Source of the DNA: Sporopachydermia quercuum
Lineage: Eukaryota
Reading direction: 5' to 3'
NCBI GenBank assembly: GCA_001599295.1
Contig: BCGN01000005.1
Coordinates: 744,001-808,000, forward strand
Length of the DNA stretch: 64,000 nucleotides
Shown: positions 45,821 through 56,909 of the stretch, one piece after another
How positions within the stretch are numbered: position 1 is the first letter of the stretch
Layout: each line of letters opens with the position of its first letter
The notes under the pieces: model-generated
The model's input: only the letters and a program-made list of their open reading frames with translations
What the model was told of the DNA's origin: nothing
Database searches by the model: none
Program-made: the position numbers and the translations under genes

Positions 45821-47581
45821 TTACTGATTTCCTTTTAAGTACCGTTTCCTACCTGAATGCTCATCATATAAATCATCTAGTGCAAATTCAATTGCACATC
45901 TACTCCATAGTAATGGAAGTAATGGCCACACACTTCTTTCACCAACCAATATCCAGTAATTAATGTTTTCACTCATACGATGAATGTCGAATATTCTATC
46001 AATATCGCGAAGCAAAGTAAACACTTCTGGAACTATTGTAATCTCATAGTTATTGGAAATTCCTTCATATGGCAGTTTTTCATCAACAATAAATCTTTTG
46101 AAAAAGGAAGGCATTAATCCTAACTGATCTATTTGCCAAAGACGATGTTGTAATTCCAATAGAACGATGGACTTAATCAATCTTTTGAATTTGAAAAATC
46201 TGGACGTAGAAACACCTTCTCTATGCTTTCTATTTGTCGAAAAGAAAGGGGCCAGGTAAGGCCTAGCAAGTGAAATAACAAAATGGTTAACATTGAAAAG
46301 TTCACTCATTTTTTTATAAGGATTATCATCCTCTGTTTGGTATTTTGTTCTGGTTTGATGGGGCGAAAGGAACTTCACTCTTTTATGCTTTCGGCCATCA
46401 TTTTTATTTTTCACTGTAGTTCCAGTGGGAAAATCTGAACAGTCAGCATTTCCGTGACCGTATTCTATATCATCTCTTATCACTATTTGACCATTGAGAT
46501 CTTTAACATAAAGTTCAATGCTTTCCTCTTTCATAATACCTTCACCTATACTGGCATAAACGGCTGACCATATCACAACATTAGGAGCAGTTAAATAATT
46601 TAATGACGAGGGTACTGATTTTCGTGTCGGATGTATTATAATATTCAAAACTCTTTCAGATCGAAGATATGCTTCTTCAAAAGTTAAGTTTCCTATTTTC
46701 TTTTTAACATACTCCATAAAGATCATGATATCAGGCGCATAGCCATTAGATAGCACATTATAAAATATGCTTCCGTATCTTTTATCATTATTCTCTGTAA
46801 TATCTTCCATTTTGATTTGAATAACATCCCGACTTATGTTATTAAACAGTTGTGATAACTCTTCGTCTTTATGAGCACATATTAGTGCCGCTACTACAGC
46901 TCCTGCAGAGCTACCACATATAATTTTTGGTAACAATCCTTTAAGATACAATGCTTTTATAACACCTAAGTGGCATAGTCCAAACAATGAACCACCTTGT
47001 AATATTAACCCTGTTGAACCAAAGCTTTGTTTTGTATCATGAAAAAATTCAAACTTCACTTGTGAAGCACCAACGCTTGATTTGATAATCGGCCATTCAT
47101 TTAAATAGTTTAAACAAACAAGAATCTCACTGATGTAATCTTCTATCAGTGTCTTAGTTCCTGAATAAGCTCTCATATATAAATCTTTGTTAGATATCGA
47201 TCCAAAATTCCTCATAAGGCCAGAACTAAATAATGTAATAATTTTATAGATATCAGCATTAAATCTAGCTTCTCTTAGAAGTTTCAGTCTTTCTAATATC
47301 AGATTATAATCATATCTTCTAGATGTAAAATTTCTTCTCCATATGTCACCTCCAGTTAATTTATCGAGTAACACAGCATTCGATTCCCAATCTTCATAGT
47401 TTGTCGCATATTTCATATTCTTCCTCACTGCGGCACATGGATCTCTTCGACGTATAATTGTTATTGCTTGTCTAGACCAGAATCCAAACACATCTATCAC
47501 CACATCGATCACATCCCAAAGCCATTGTGGAATATGATTAAGAATAAACGATAGAATCCAGATGGTGTACCTTCGCAACAT
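45821..47581 (-). CDS. TGL3: Patatin-family triacylglycerol lipase, Tgl3-like
   Basis: LQGGSLFGLCHLG, GSSAG nucleophile motif, TFEEAY, ELFNVNHFVISLARPYLAP. Confidence 0.88.
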   Translation of the reverse strand: MLRRYTIWILSFILNHIPQWLWDVIDVVIDVFGFWSRQAITIIRRRDPCAAVRKNMKYATNYEDWESNAVLLDKLTGGDIWRRNFTSRRYDYNLILERLKLLREARFNADIYKIITLFSSGLMRNFGSISNKDLYMRAYSGTKTLIEDYISEILVCLNYLNEWPIIKSSVGASQVKFEFFHDTKQSFGSTGLILQGGSLFGLCHLGVIKALYLKGLLPKIICGSSAGAVVAALICAHKDEELSQLFNNISRDVIQIKMEDITENNDKRYGSIFYNVLSNGYAPDIMIFMEYVKKKIGNLTFEEAYLRSERVLNIIIHPTRKSVPSSLNYLTAPNVVIWSAVYASIGEGIMKEESIELYVKDLNGQIVIRDDIEYGHGNADCSDFPTGTTVKNKNDGRKHKRVKFLSPHQTRTKYQTEDDNPYKKMSELFNVNHFVISLARPYLAPFFSTNRKHREGVSTSRFFKFKRLIKSIVLLELQHRLWQIDQLGLMPSFFKRFIVDEKLPYEGISNNYEITIVPEVFTLLRDIDRIFDIHRMSENINYWILVGERSVWPLLPLLWSRCAIEFALDDLYDEHSGRKRYLKGNQ

Positions 47582-48573
47582 AATGTGTTCTTTTTCTTCC
47601 TTTTTTCTTCTAACTTCTTTCTAGATAAATATTACTCTTTCTTGTTCAGATCAAGAAACAGAACTTTTCTATGAACCTATTCTCTATGGAGCGAAAATCA
47701 ATAGCAGATGTTGCTTTACTTACTAGTTACTGATCGAAATGCTGATTTGGAAACAGTAACAAAAGAATACAAGCACTCTTTGATCAAGTCCAATTTCGAT
47801 TAATCAATTTAGCATGCAGTTTACTAGCTGATGAGTCTCATATATTATCTATAGCACAAGAATACATCTAATAATTAAATCATCTGTTCACTGACGAGTA
47901 TTCTGATTGTAACAAAAACATCAAACGAGCTGAACAAATTGTTTCGGGCGTTTTACCAGAACAAAATCATACAAAATGGTTCAATTTAAGTTAGCTCATT
48001 TTCACATGCAAAAATGAGGCTGGTGAAAAAGACGAAGAAGACGGATAGAACCCCCAGATAAGTAGAAGGTAAGGTTTTGTGGTAGTTCCGCTGCATATTT
48101 ATCAGATTGTTGAGTATCGGAAAAAGGGAAATCAGGGTAACAAATATAGGGATAACTGTAAATATANACAACCAATATATAAAGGAATAGATATGATGAG
48201 TTCTTTGCATATTCATTGGTGAAATGAAGATTCTTCAATCAACTCCGAAGTAGGAACCGACCTAACAAGGTGATGGGGTAGTATTCTAGTAACAATTTAG
48301 AGATTCCCAACAGAATGACTATCGGGACGAACCAGTCAACTAACCAGTCAACTAATACGAAAAAGAACATTAATCCGTTCAAATGCTTCGATATCTTGGA
48401 GGTTTAATCCAATGATAGATGCTGGGACAAACAATATGGATAATATTGCTAGTATGAAATGGGAAAAAGTTAATGATAAGGTAGGCTCTGACAGAGCTTT
48501 TGTGGTTCAGAACATGTTTAATAGATTACATCATCATCAATAGGTAATGTCTAATCGCCTTGAGGTTGTGAAG

Positions 48574-48594
48574 GAAAAAATTTATTATGATGAG
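48574..48594 (+). promoter_or_regulatory. RRPE-like and PAC elements upstream of the SPOUT methyltransferase gene
   Basis: GAAAAAATTT 48574-48583 followed by GATGAG 48589-48594. Confidence 0.5.
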
Positions 48595-48712
48595 AAAGAG
48601 TGAAAGCACTACAATTGATTATTGCAACTCTTATACGTGAAATAATGAAGTGCTTTAGAGATAATATCAGCATTTCTACATCTAGGGGCCCAGTCAGTCG
48701 TGAATTTTCAAA

Positions 48713-49772
48713 ATGGCAGGAACTGTAAGTAGCTGTAGATTTATGCTTTCTCCGCTATGTTGTTGCGGATACGATATTGAGAGAGTGAATGAAATAGTCT
48801 CCGTATGAATAAATTCACAAGTTGTAATTTGATTGACTAACAAAAATATTTCAGAATAACCTTACATTATGTATACCTTCAAGTATAATTTCACCTACCG
48901 TGTGTAAAACACAGCAACAAGTCACACACACCTTGAGTCAAGTATCAAGGATTGCCCTGATGTTCAATGTCAGTGAAATCGTCATCCTAGAAAAACCAGA
49001 CTTAAGTGTTCTTTCACCGTCAGAGTCACTGTCAAATAGTAAAATTACATTCAATGATGACCCTATTACAGAGAAGAGTATTAAACAAGATGCAGCTTCC
49101 TCACGACTGATAGCAACAATGTTACAGTTTTTCATTACTCCCCCATATTTAAGGTCTGCTGTTTTTGACACCGATGCCTTAAAAGCTTGTGAATATGCTA
49201 AGAAGCTACCTAAAAGCATGCACTTACCATTTCTTTCCGCAACAGAAAAGTCAAGATATAGAGAGGGTATTAGTGTCTCAAGTAATCAAATCAATGTTGG
49301 TTTAGAGTCTACAGTTGAATTAAAAGGACAGAAAGTACCAAAAGGAGTTAGAGTAACTGTTGATACACAACAGAATAAAGTAGTTTCACCAACAGAGGCA
49401 TATAGTTCTGGCTGGACATATGGCTATTTTGTGAGAATCACATCAAATTTACGATCCGTTTTCACCGAAAGTACTATAAAGGGGGGATATGATTCATCCA
49501 TTTGGATTCCTTGTGAAGGATGGGAAGTATCTCAGGATCAAACAGAACATTTAATAAATTATAGTACAGGATGGGTTCCAGCTGCAAATGATTCCAAAAA
49601 TATATTGTTGATATTTGGTGACTGGAGAATGTTGCAAGCGTCTATGAAATCAGGAAAAGGTGGTGTATCAATTGAAAAGCCATCAGATCTCTTTGATTCG
49701 GTTTTACCTGTAATTCCTAAGTCAAGAATCGAAGATGCGATCACTGTTGCTCTCACTAAAGTACGTGCTTAA
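48713..49772 (+). CDS. SPOUT methyltransferase (YGR283C/YMR310C, SPOUT1/C9orf114 family); exons 48713-48724 and 48855-49772
   Basis: MAGT|NNLTLCIPSSII, QFFITPPYLR, YREG, VPKGVRVTVD, YGYFVR, RIEDA; GTAAGT...GACTAAC...CAG intron. Confidence 0.88.
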
Positions 49773-50723
49773 TATTTTTGTTTTAATATCCCAAATATAT
49801 TCAGAAAGAACCGAAAATCAACAGAATATCATCCTAAGGGAGTGGTTTATCTTTGATTGAACCTCATTCATAAACATCATGTCAACAGAAACCTTTATTA
49901 TGTACATCAACAAACACATCAGAGCTTCCATTCAAGCCTGGTGCTCACACATTTCTCTCAATAGATAATTAGAAATGCACATAATCTTTCGATTTATAGT
50001 AAACATTCTACCAATAATAAGAAAAGGCTTTCATACCATTAACCTCATTAACCTCATTANCGTCCATCGTCATAATTGTCCATTCATTTCTCCGTACCTG
50101 AAAGAAACAAAATTAACTTGTCCGGGACAGACAAAGTAATGGAAATTCCAGTGTATGTATGCATAATAACAAAAATACTATATTGCTTGTTACTTCTGTG
50201 CATCCTTAGCCCTGTTCTGTTTTAATAGGAAGGGAGTCAAAAAAAATTAATTGATCTTAGTTCTTATTTGTTTCCTCCTGGTAGATTATTTTTTTTCATT
50301 TTGAGAAATACAGCCCCATAATTGAAATATTGTAAACTATATACCTTTTGACATCGATCTTAGCCCTCTGCTCTGTATGGCGTTCTCAAATCTGCATGAT
50401 TTCATTTAAATAACGGACAAACATTCCTTTCCATAACTAAGTAAACATTATAGACTGGTGAGCTTTTGTGAAAACGAAAGTCGATTCTTCATAATTTTTA
50501 AGCAGATCTAAACAGTTTCTAGCATATTTCAAGTTTAACAAACCTTTTATTACAACGATTAAAATGTTTATCAATCATTCTTTCCCATAGCTAATATTCG
50601 ATTGACTAATCTGGTCACATCTCTCATCTCTCATCTCATATTTCATTTTTTGCTTAGTTCCAGAACCTCATCTCATTTAAAGTTGATGCCTGTCCCGCTT
50701 TGGTACCAAGGAAACAACCTAAG

Positions 50724-50733
50724 CTATTTTTAG
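50724..50733. promoter_or_regulatory. Rlm1/MEF2 site upstream of BGL2
   Basis: CTATTTTTAG matches CTAWWWWTAG; BGL2 is a known cell-wall-integrity target in S. cerevisiae. Confidence 0.6.
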
Positions 50734-50999
50734 GAAATGACGGACAAAACATGCCGGACAACGTTTCTATTTCACATCGATCAGTTTGTTAGCAAAACTC
50801 ACCGTTCTTCTTCATCTTGTTTACCTTAACTATTAGGATGAGAAGAAAATTAACAATTGGAACAAATACCTCCTCACACATAGCTGTTTTTATTGAAAGT
50901 AGTTAGATATTGTGGTTATTAATTTGGCTTACAATAAGGAAGTAGTTTTGATAAAAGTAGCTAATCTCGTTGTTTGCTACATAATTATCATTGTTCAAA

Positions 51000-51953
51000 A
51001 TGAAGTCATTCGCTAGTATTGCAACTATTGCTTTAGCAGCCATGCAAGGAGTCAATGCCTTGGGAAATCTTGGATACAACTTAGGTGTTCAAAGAAATTC
51101 AGACTCAGCTTGTAAAACCACAGAAGATTACCTTCACGACTTCGAAGTTCTCAAATCCCACACTAATCTTGTTCGTGTTTACGCTTCTTCTGATTGTAAT
51201 ACCCTCGAAAACATTGCACCAGCTTTAGAAGAATCTGGTTTCCAAATTGTTTTAGGAGTTTGGCCAAATGATGAAGCTCATTACCAAGCTGAAAAGGATG
51301 CGCTAGAGGCTTATCTTCCTAAAATGAAGGTTTCCAACGTCCAAGGTATTTCTGTTGGATCAGAAGCTCTTTACAGAGGCGATTTAACTCCATCTGAACT
51401 TGCTGACAAGGTCAACGATATCAAAGATTTTATCTCCGGCATTGATGACGAAGACGGAAAGTCATATGGAGGTGTCCCTGTGGGATTTTTTGACTCTTGG
51501 AATGAACTTGTAAGCGGAGGTACTGAAGTCGCAATTAAAGCTGCTGACTTTGTTTATGCTAATGCTTTTTCATTCTGGCAAGGTCAAACTATGGCTAATG
51601 CCTCCTACTCATTTTTTGATGATATCATGCAAGCTCTTCAAGTTATTCAAACTGCGAAGGGTTCTACTGATATTGATTTTTATGTTGGTGAAACTGGATG
51701 GCCCACAGATGGTAACAATTATCAAAATGCTGTTCCATCTACCGAAAATGCAGAGACTTTTTGGCAAGAAGCCATTTGTGCTATCAGAGGCTGGGGTGTC
51801 AATGTTCTAATCTTTGAAGCTTTTGATGAGTCTTGGAAGCCCGATACCGAAGCAGATTCTGGTCAATCAGTTGGAGGAGTTGAACGTTATTGGGGTGTTT
51901 TCAGTGAAGATGACGGAACTCCTAAGTATGAGATCAACTGCAACTTTGATTAG
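51000..51953 (+). CDS. BGL2: GH17 cell-wall 1,3-beta-glucanosyltransferase
   Basis: Signal peptide, VGSEALYR, ANAFSFWQG, VGETGWPT, FEAFDESWKP. Confidence 0.96.
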   Translation: MKSFASIATIALAAMQGVNALGNLGYNLGVQRNSDSACKTTEDYLHDFEVLKSHTNLVRVYASSDCNTLENIAPALEESGFQIVLGVWPNDEAHYQAEKDALEAYLPKMKVSNVQGISVGSEALYRGDLTPSELADKVNDIKDFISGIDDEDGKSYGGVPVGFFDSWNELVSGGTEVAIKAADFVYANAFSFWQGQTMANASYSFFDDIMQALQVIQTAKGSTDIDFYVGETGWPTDGNNYQNAVPSTENAETFWQEAICAIRGWGVNVLIFEAFDESWKPDTEADSGQSVGGVERYWGVFSEDDGTPKYEINCNFD

Positions 51954-52123
51954 GTTCCTTTGGCTGGGATATATGAGCGATGGTTTTGGATGGTAAATAC
52001 TTAATTGAAAATTGATATATGAAGAACAAACGTGTAGATCTTAAGATACATTCCAGACAGATTGTAGTGTAGTTCACATACAATAGTACAAAAGTGGTAT
52101 TAGTTTTTACATTACTCACTCTG

Positions 52124-53362
52124 CTACACACATGTAATAGGTTTGCTACCATTTGTTTCACCCCTCAAGAAAGCCTGAACAGGTGGACCCCATTCTTTTG
52201 CTCGTTTATATACTTTCAATGGTTCTGGAAGTCCATCAATTGCTCCAATCAGATCATCAGATCTGCCTTCTTGCTTAAGTTGAGGTACAGATGTGAGATA
52301 TGTTCGTACTGTGAATAAAACAGCTTTTGTTCCCGGTAGGCGTGTAAGAATTTGTCTTTCCACTCTCATGAACACGTTATTGAAATCCATCATTTCAGGA
52401 TCTAAAGGCTGAAGATCTTCGTGCTCATTAGTGGAATGAGTTCCTACAGGGGTAAACAATTCTCCGGTAGATTGTATTGACCAATTAAGACGTTCAACCC
52501 ACTGTCCCACTTGAACTCTTTTAAAAAATCTATCCATTGAAAGCTGAAGCTTTTGTTTATACATAGGAACAGGGGTGTGAATATCAGCCAAGGTCAAATT
52601 TAACTTAGCTGCCGGATCAAACCCGGCAGGGAAAGCAAAACAGCCAGCGCGCAGATAGTATTTGACCTCTTCATCTTTCGGGTCATAGTTCTCTTTATTG
52701 GGGAGTAAAATCAAGAAGTCTTCTTCCATTACCGAAGCAAGGCTTTGAATAATCTGATTTGCTGATAGATCTTTGGATTCAAATGGAAAATTCTCATTAC
52801 GAATCAAGTTTTTGAATATTTTGGTTCCCTCAATAGTTGTAGTTTCAAAATACATTGGATATCTTTTTATCATATAGTTGAACACTTTGCCGTACAGCTC
52901 ATGCAACGCAGGAATCGCTGAGTCATGATGAAGAACTGTGTGCTTCATATCTTCTTTATTTGTAGTTACAACGACTTTTCTATTAGTGCGTTCCATATAG
53001 GTATCTTCCAACAACAACCAGTCAACTGGATCCATAGATTTGATAGCCATTGTCATTTTGTATTCACCGTTGCGAAAAGGACGATATGGTCTTGGTTTTG
53101 CTTCATTCCATGTGAAAGATGGGTCAACACTAGGAATTTCAGGTTCTTTATAATCGGAACCTTCATGACTCATTATTCTGATCTTTGGCTTCTGAGGTTT
53201 TGCACCAGCTTTTGTAGATCCACTCTTTGCAAGATGATTTGATGCCCTAGAACCTACCATTGCACATACAATAAACACTGCCACACATATTGCAATAGTT
53301 AGTGGTGTCATATCACCAGGAACCTCGAAAAAATTTCCTTTGAGTATATTTGCTATCTCCAT
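52124..53362 (-). CDS. DUF3445 / heme-dependent oxidative N-demethylase alpha-subunit-like protein with N-terminal membrane anchor
   Basis: PRPYRPF, EEDFLIL, FPAGF, IHTPVP, RLNWS, RVERQILTRLP, FTVRTY. Confidence 0.85.
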   Translation of the reverse strand: MEIANILKGNFFEVPGDMTPLTIAICVAVFIVCAMVGSRASNHLAKSGSTKAGAKPQKPKIRIMSHEGSDYKEPEIPSVDPSFTWNEAKPRPYRPFRNGEYKMTMAIKSMDPVDWLLLEDTYMERTNRKVVVTTNKEDMKHTVLHHDSAIPALHELYGKVFNYMIKRYPMYFETTTIEGTKIFKNLIRNENFPFESKDLSANQIIQSLASVMEEDFLILLPNKENYDPKDEEVKYYLRAGCFAFPAGFDPAAKLNLTLADIHTPVPMYKQKLQLSMDRFFKRVQVGQWVERLNWSIQSTGELFTPVGTHSTNEHEDLQPLDPEMMDFNNVFMRVERQILTRLPGTKAVLFTVRTYLTSVPQLKQEGRSDDLIGAIDGLPEPLKVYKRAKEWGPPVQAFLRGETNGSKPITCV

Positions 53363-54542
53363 TTTTGTTCCAGGTATATCATTTGTGTCGCTTTACTTCT
53401 CTTGCACCAACGGAAAGCTGAATCACGGGTTATCTTTATTTTGATTGCGATTGCAGTTGATGTCAGAATTCCGAACCCGTCAGTAAATATGGAGAGAAAA
53501 GAATCCAGGTAAGTCGTGACTATTTATAGTCTCAATTATTCTTATCAGGAAATCTTGTAATATTTGATATTTACACTCCTTATTAATATGATCTCGCTAG
53601 TAGTTGCTCAGAAGTAGAAAAAATAGTACCGATTATGGTACTTCTCGGACCCATCAGTAGATAATGTGCGATCTACTCATAGATGACCTGATAAGGAATG
53701 TATTTGCGCTCCTTAGAAGGAGCAGATATTTGAGATATTTGGCGGCTACTCCACCAATACTGTTAAGTATTAGTCTTCCTTGATTTAAAAAGTTTCTATA
53801 AGACTTAATTACCTAGTCTTTTATTGGATTTCAATTTCACTTTTACCATAGTTTGTTTAATCTATTATATCAACAATTGTATCTACGTATCAATCCAACC
53901 AGATCACCAGATCGAGATTGATAATCACTTGAAGAGTCAAACTGCTTTATTACCATATCTGGCAAGTACATCCTTATCATCTTCTTTCCTCAATGAGGAT
54001 ACTGTTATATGTTCACGTCATACTAAAAGGGTACTTACATGGGTTGAGTTGTTTCAATTCAAAGAGCCTCATGATATAAAGCTTTGCAATGAAGTAGTGA
54101 GTCAGATATTACTATAAAGGGGAACTGTTGGCCACATTGAGGCTAATATGTCCGATTATTACCTGCTTACTCACAAACGTACTATGGAGTTTGACAAAAG
54201 CTTATTAATTCACCTAATTTTACTTGTTCTGGTATCGGAAGCGTGGCCTGTTGACCAGTATCTGAATAATATTAGANCAACAACGTTTTGAAGGATTAAT
54301 GTACTCTTAGTCATCGCTTGATATGCCAATGAAATTATATTATATTGTCATGTCGGCATGGACACCCTACATATAAGGAAGGGCTAATGCTTTGTAGGGT
54401 TGATTGTAAATTGAATTGAAAGGTATTCGATTCCAGTTGGACATCAAACAGTGTTACATTAGTTCTCGATATAAAATTATAGAGAAGTTGGACAGAAGAA
54501 TTTAATAGAACAAATTCTACTGTTCGTTAGTCAAACAAGCTC

Positions 54543-55694
54543 ATGATTTTCAAGCTTTTCGTTATCACATTGGTGTTGGGAATTATATCGTCTGAGGTTT
54601 TTTTCATTTCCTCCAAAGGCTTATTAACNAACTTGCTTTTTCGAAGAAATCAAAGTAAGCTAACATTTTCATTAACGTCTGCAGCTTCGATGTCACCTGT
54701 AAGTTCTACCGCTACTACCACAAATGAGGAGAACACTCAACTGCCAGTGTTCTTCTTCTCACATGGTGGACCAACCTTCATGTACGAAGATGCTGACTTT
54801 GGTGGTGACCGAGGGGCATTCAGAACCACTAGAAAGGTTGGAAAATATATTAAGACACAACTAAAACCGAAAGCTATAGTAGTTGTTTCTGCCCATTGGC
54901 AATCTCCCAAAACGGATACTATTTATATTGGTTCTCCTGGAAATGCAGGAGATGAGGGTTTCCCTAAGATGGAAAAATCATTAAACGACTACATTGGAGA
55001 TGAAACAAAGTTCGACAATGAACTAAAACTGATCTATGATTTTTACGGTTTTCCTGATTATATGTATAAAGAGAGGTTCAGAGCTCAAAATTCGCCCGAG
55101 TTGGCCAAGAAAATTAATGAGCTTTTGTCAAAGAATAAAATTAAATCGCAGATTGTCAACAGAGGTATTGATCATGGCGTGTGGGTTCCATTCAAAGTCG
55201 CATTCCCTGAAGATGATGTGAAACATAAGTTAAACATTGATGTACCTATTGTTCAAATCTCCTTAGCGGGATCAGAAGATGACTTTGATAACCATTTCAG
55301 GCTTGGAAAGGTTTTATCAGAATTAACAAAAGAGGGTATTTTACTTGTGACTTCTGGAATGACAGTTCATAACTTACGTGACATTGGCAAAGCATCAATG
55401 GTGCCTACTGCTATGCCCTATGTCAAACCATTTGATTCTGGAATACAGAAAGTTATTGAATCCAATCTTCCAGGCGATTCAATTCTACCAGCATTAAAGA
55501 AATTCTTATCTGATAACACAGCCTTATATAAGCAAGCACATCCTACATCTGAACATTTTATGCCTATAGCTGTTGCTATGGGAGCGGCAAGTGCCCAAAA
55601 TTATCCAGCTAAATTGTTGTATACCAACGCGTCAGGGAGCCTTGGTTGGGGTATCTATCAATTTGGAAGAATAAATGAGACATCCAGCCTATGA
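54543..55694 (+). CDS. Extradiol ring-cleavage dioxygenase, LigB/DODA (4,5-DOPA dioxygenase-like); ATG at 54543 or 54690
   Basis: FFSHGGP, VVSAHW, IYDFYGFP, RGIDHGVWVP, SGMTVHNL, AHPTSEHFMP. Confidence 0.92.
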   Translation: MIFKLFVITLVLGIISSEVFFISSKGLLXNLLFRRNQSKLTFSLTSAASMSPVSSTATTTNEENTQLPVFFFSHGGPTFMYEDADFGGDRGAFRTTRKVGKYIKTQLKPKAIVVVSAHWQSPKTDTIYIGSPGNAGDEGFPKMEKSLNDYIGDETKFDNELKLIYDFYGFPDYMYKERFRAQNSPELAKKINELLSKNKIKSQIVNRGIDHGVWVPFKVAFPEDDVKHKLNIDVPIVQISLAGSEDDFDNHFRLGKVLSELTKEGILLVTSGMTVHNLRDIGKASMVPTAMPYVKPFDSGIQKVIESNLPGDSILPALKKFLSDNTALYKQAHPTSEHFMPIAVAMGAASAQNYPAKLLYTNASGSLGWGIYQFGRINETSSL

Positions 55695-56469
55695 ACATAG
55701 ACCTTTTAAGACATTTCTCTCTCATTCTTTAATTTATTTTGGTTGGTAGTATTGTATAAATGAATGTACTAATCAACTACGATTCCTTCAGCAAAAGAAT
55801 CCTACACCACTGACTTACATTAATAATTAAGTAATCACCACAAGGTTATTGCCAGTAGGCAACTATTGCCCATATACATTCTTAAGGAGATACAATGTAA
55901 TATCACCTTTTTCACCTTTTCCACCTTATGACATTACAATGGTTAATTTTTAACTGGCAGTTAGAAATACTTTAAAGTAGCTCCAATCTAGATATTGAGC
56001 ATAAATATATAAAACTTTTTTACTAGCTGAGAGCAAATGTGTCAATACAGCTCCCACAGATCACCTCTATAATAAAGTATTACATAATCAAATATTATTA
56101 ACTCTGGTTTTCTGTGTCACGTCTCCTCACAACTTTAAGGTCTCTCTTCTACCCCCTCGGTATCTAATCATTTCCACCAATAGAAGAAATAATACAAAAT
56201 ATCCTATTGGATCCTCAAACTTTTTCTGNGGTGTCTATACCTATTTGCTACTATCACAATCTAGATTAAAAATCATTCATATGTGTATTTATTAAGATAT
56301 TGTTCTATTAGTCATCAATATTTGTTTTGGGTGAGGGCAAACTGTTCAGGACTGGGATATTTATTTTGTTACTACTGGTGATCGTCGATTTCATTTGAAT
56401 CTTGTGGAAAGACTGCATACGAGAGAACAATCAGGTTAATAACATCATATACATAGATACATATCAACA

Positions 56470-56909
56470 ATGTCTAAATACGTTTTACCTAAGGCAGTTA
56501 AGGAACTGAGGTTCTTTCTATCTCAAACAGGAGAAACCAGCACCAGTTTGCGCTCTTTCCTTGTCAAAACATATCCCACTTTAAAGAAACATAACCCTAA
56601 TGTCCCTCTATTAGTGAGAGAAGCAGAAGGAATATCGCCAACTGTTATCGCCAGATTAGGTACGTATTTGATTTGTTGTGATAGATTGAGACGAGTGATA
56701 TGCATGAAGTGTGATGTTTTCACTCAGTAGATAGAAGCAATTGCAATCTACGATCTTGTCATTTTTAAACGTCATAGTCAATTATATGAATTCAATATTT
56801 ATACTAACATTATGTTTTAGAAAAGGGAAAGGAAAACAAGATCTCGGTTGCAGGATTAGATAGTAAAGGGATAGCAAGTGCTATTCAGAAATTGGTTGGT
56901 GCTAACTAG
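56470..56909 (+). CDS. NDUFA2: Mitochondrial complex I accessory subunit B8 (NDUFA2/NI8M); exons 56470-56659 and 56821-56909 (92 aa)
   Basis: KELRFFLSQT...LRSFL...YPTLKKHNPNVPLLVREA; GTACGT...TACTAAC...TAG intron restores RLEKGKE. Confidence 0.9.

Noticed and set aside
47829..47900. CTGATGAG and CTGACGAG hammerhead-core-like motifs
   Set aside because: No stem II followed by GAAA and no stem I/III pairing
47939..47964. U5 snRNA loop-1-like sequence (GCGTTTTACCAGAAC)
   Set aside because: The invariant loop is GCCTTTTAC; the stem is mismatched and I found no convincing Sm site or remaining U5 structure
54655..54684. 30-nt intron-like segment GTAAGC...CAG upstream of the LigB domain
   Set aside because: Much shorter than the other introns here (65 nt or more) and the best branch motif overlaps the donor
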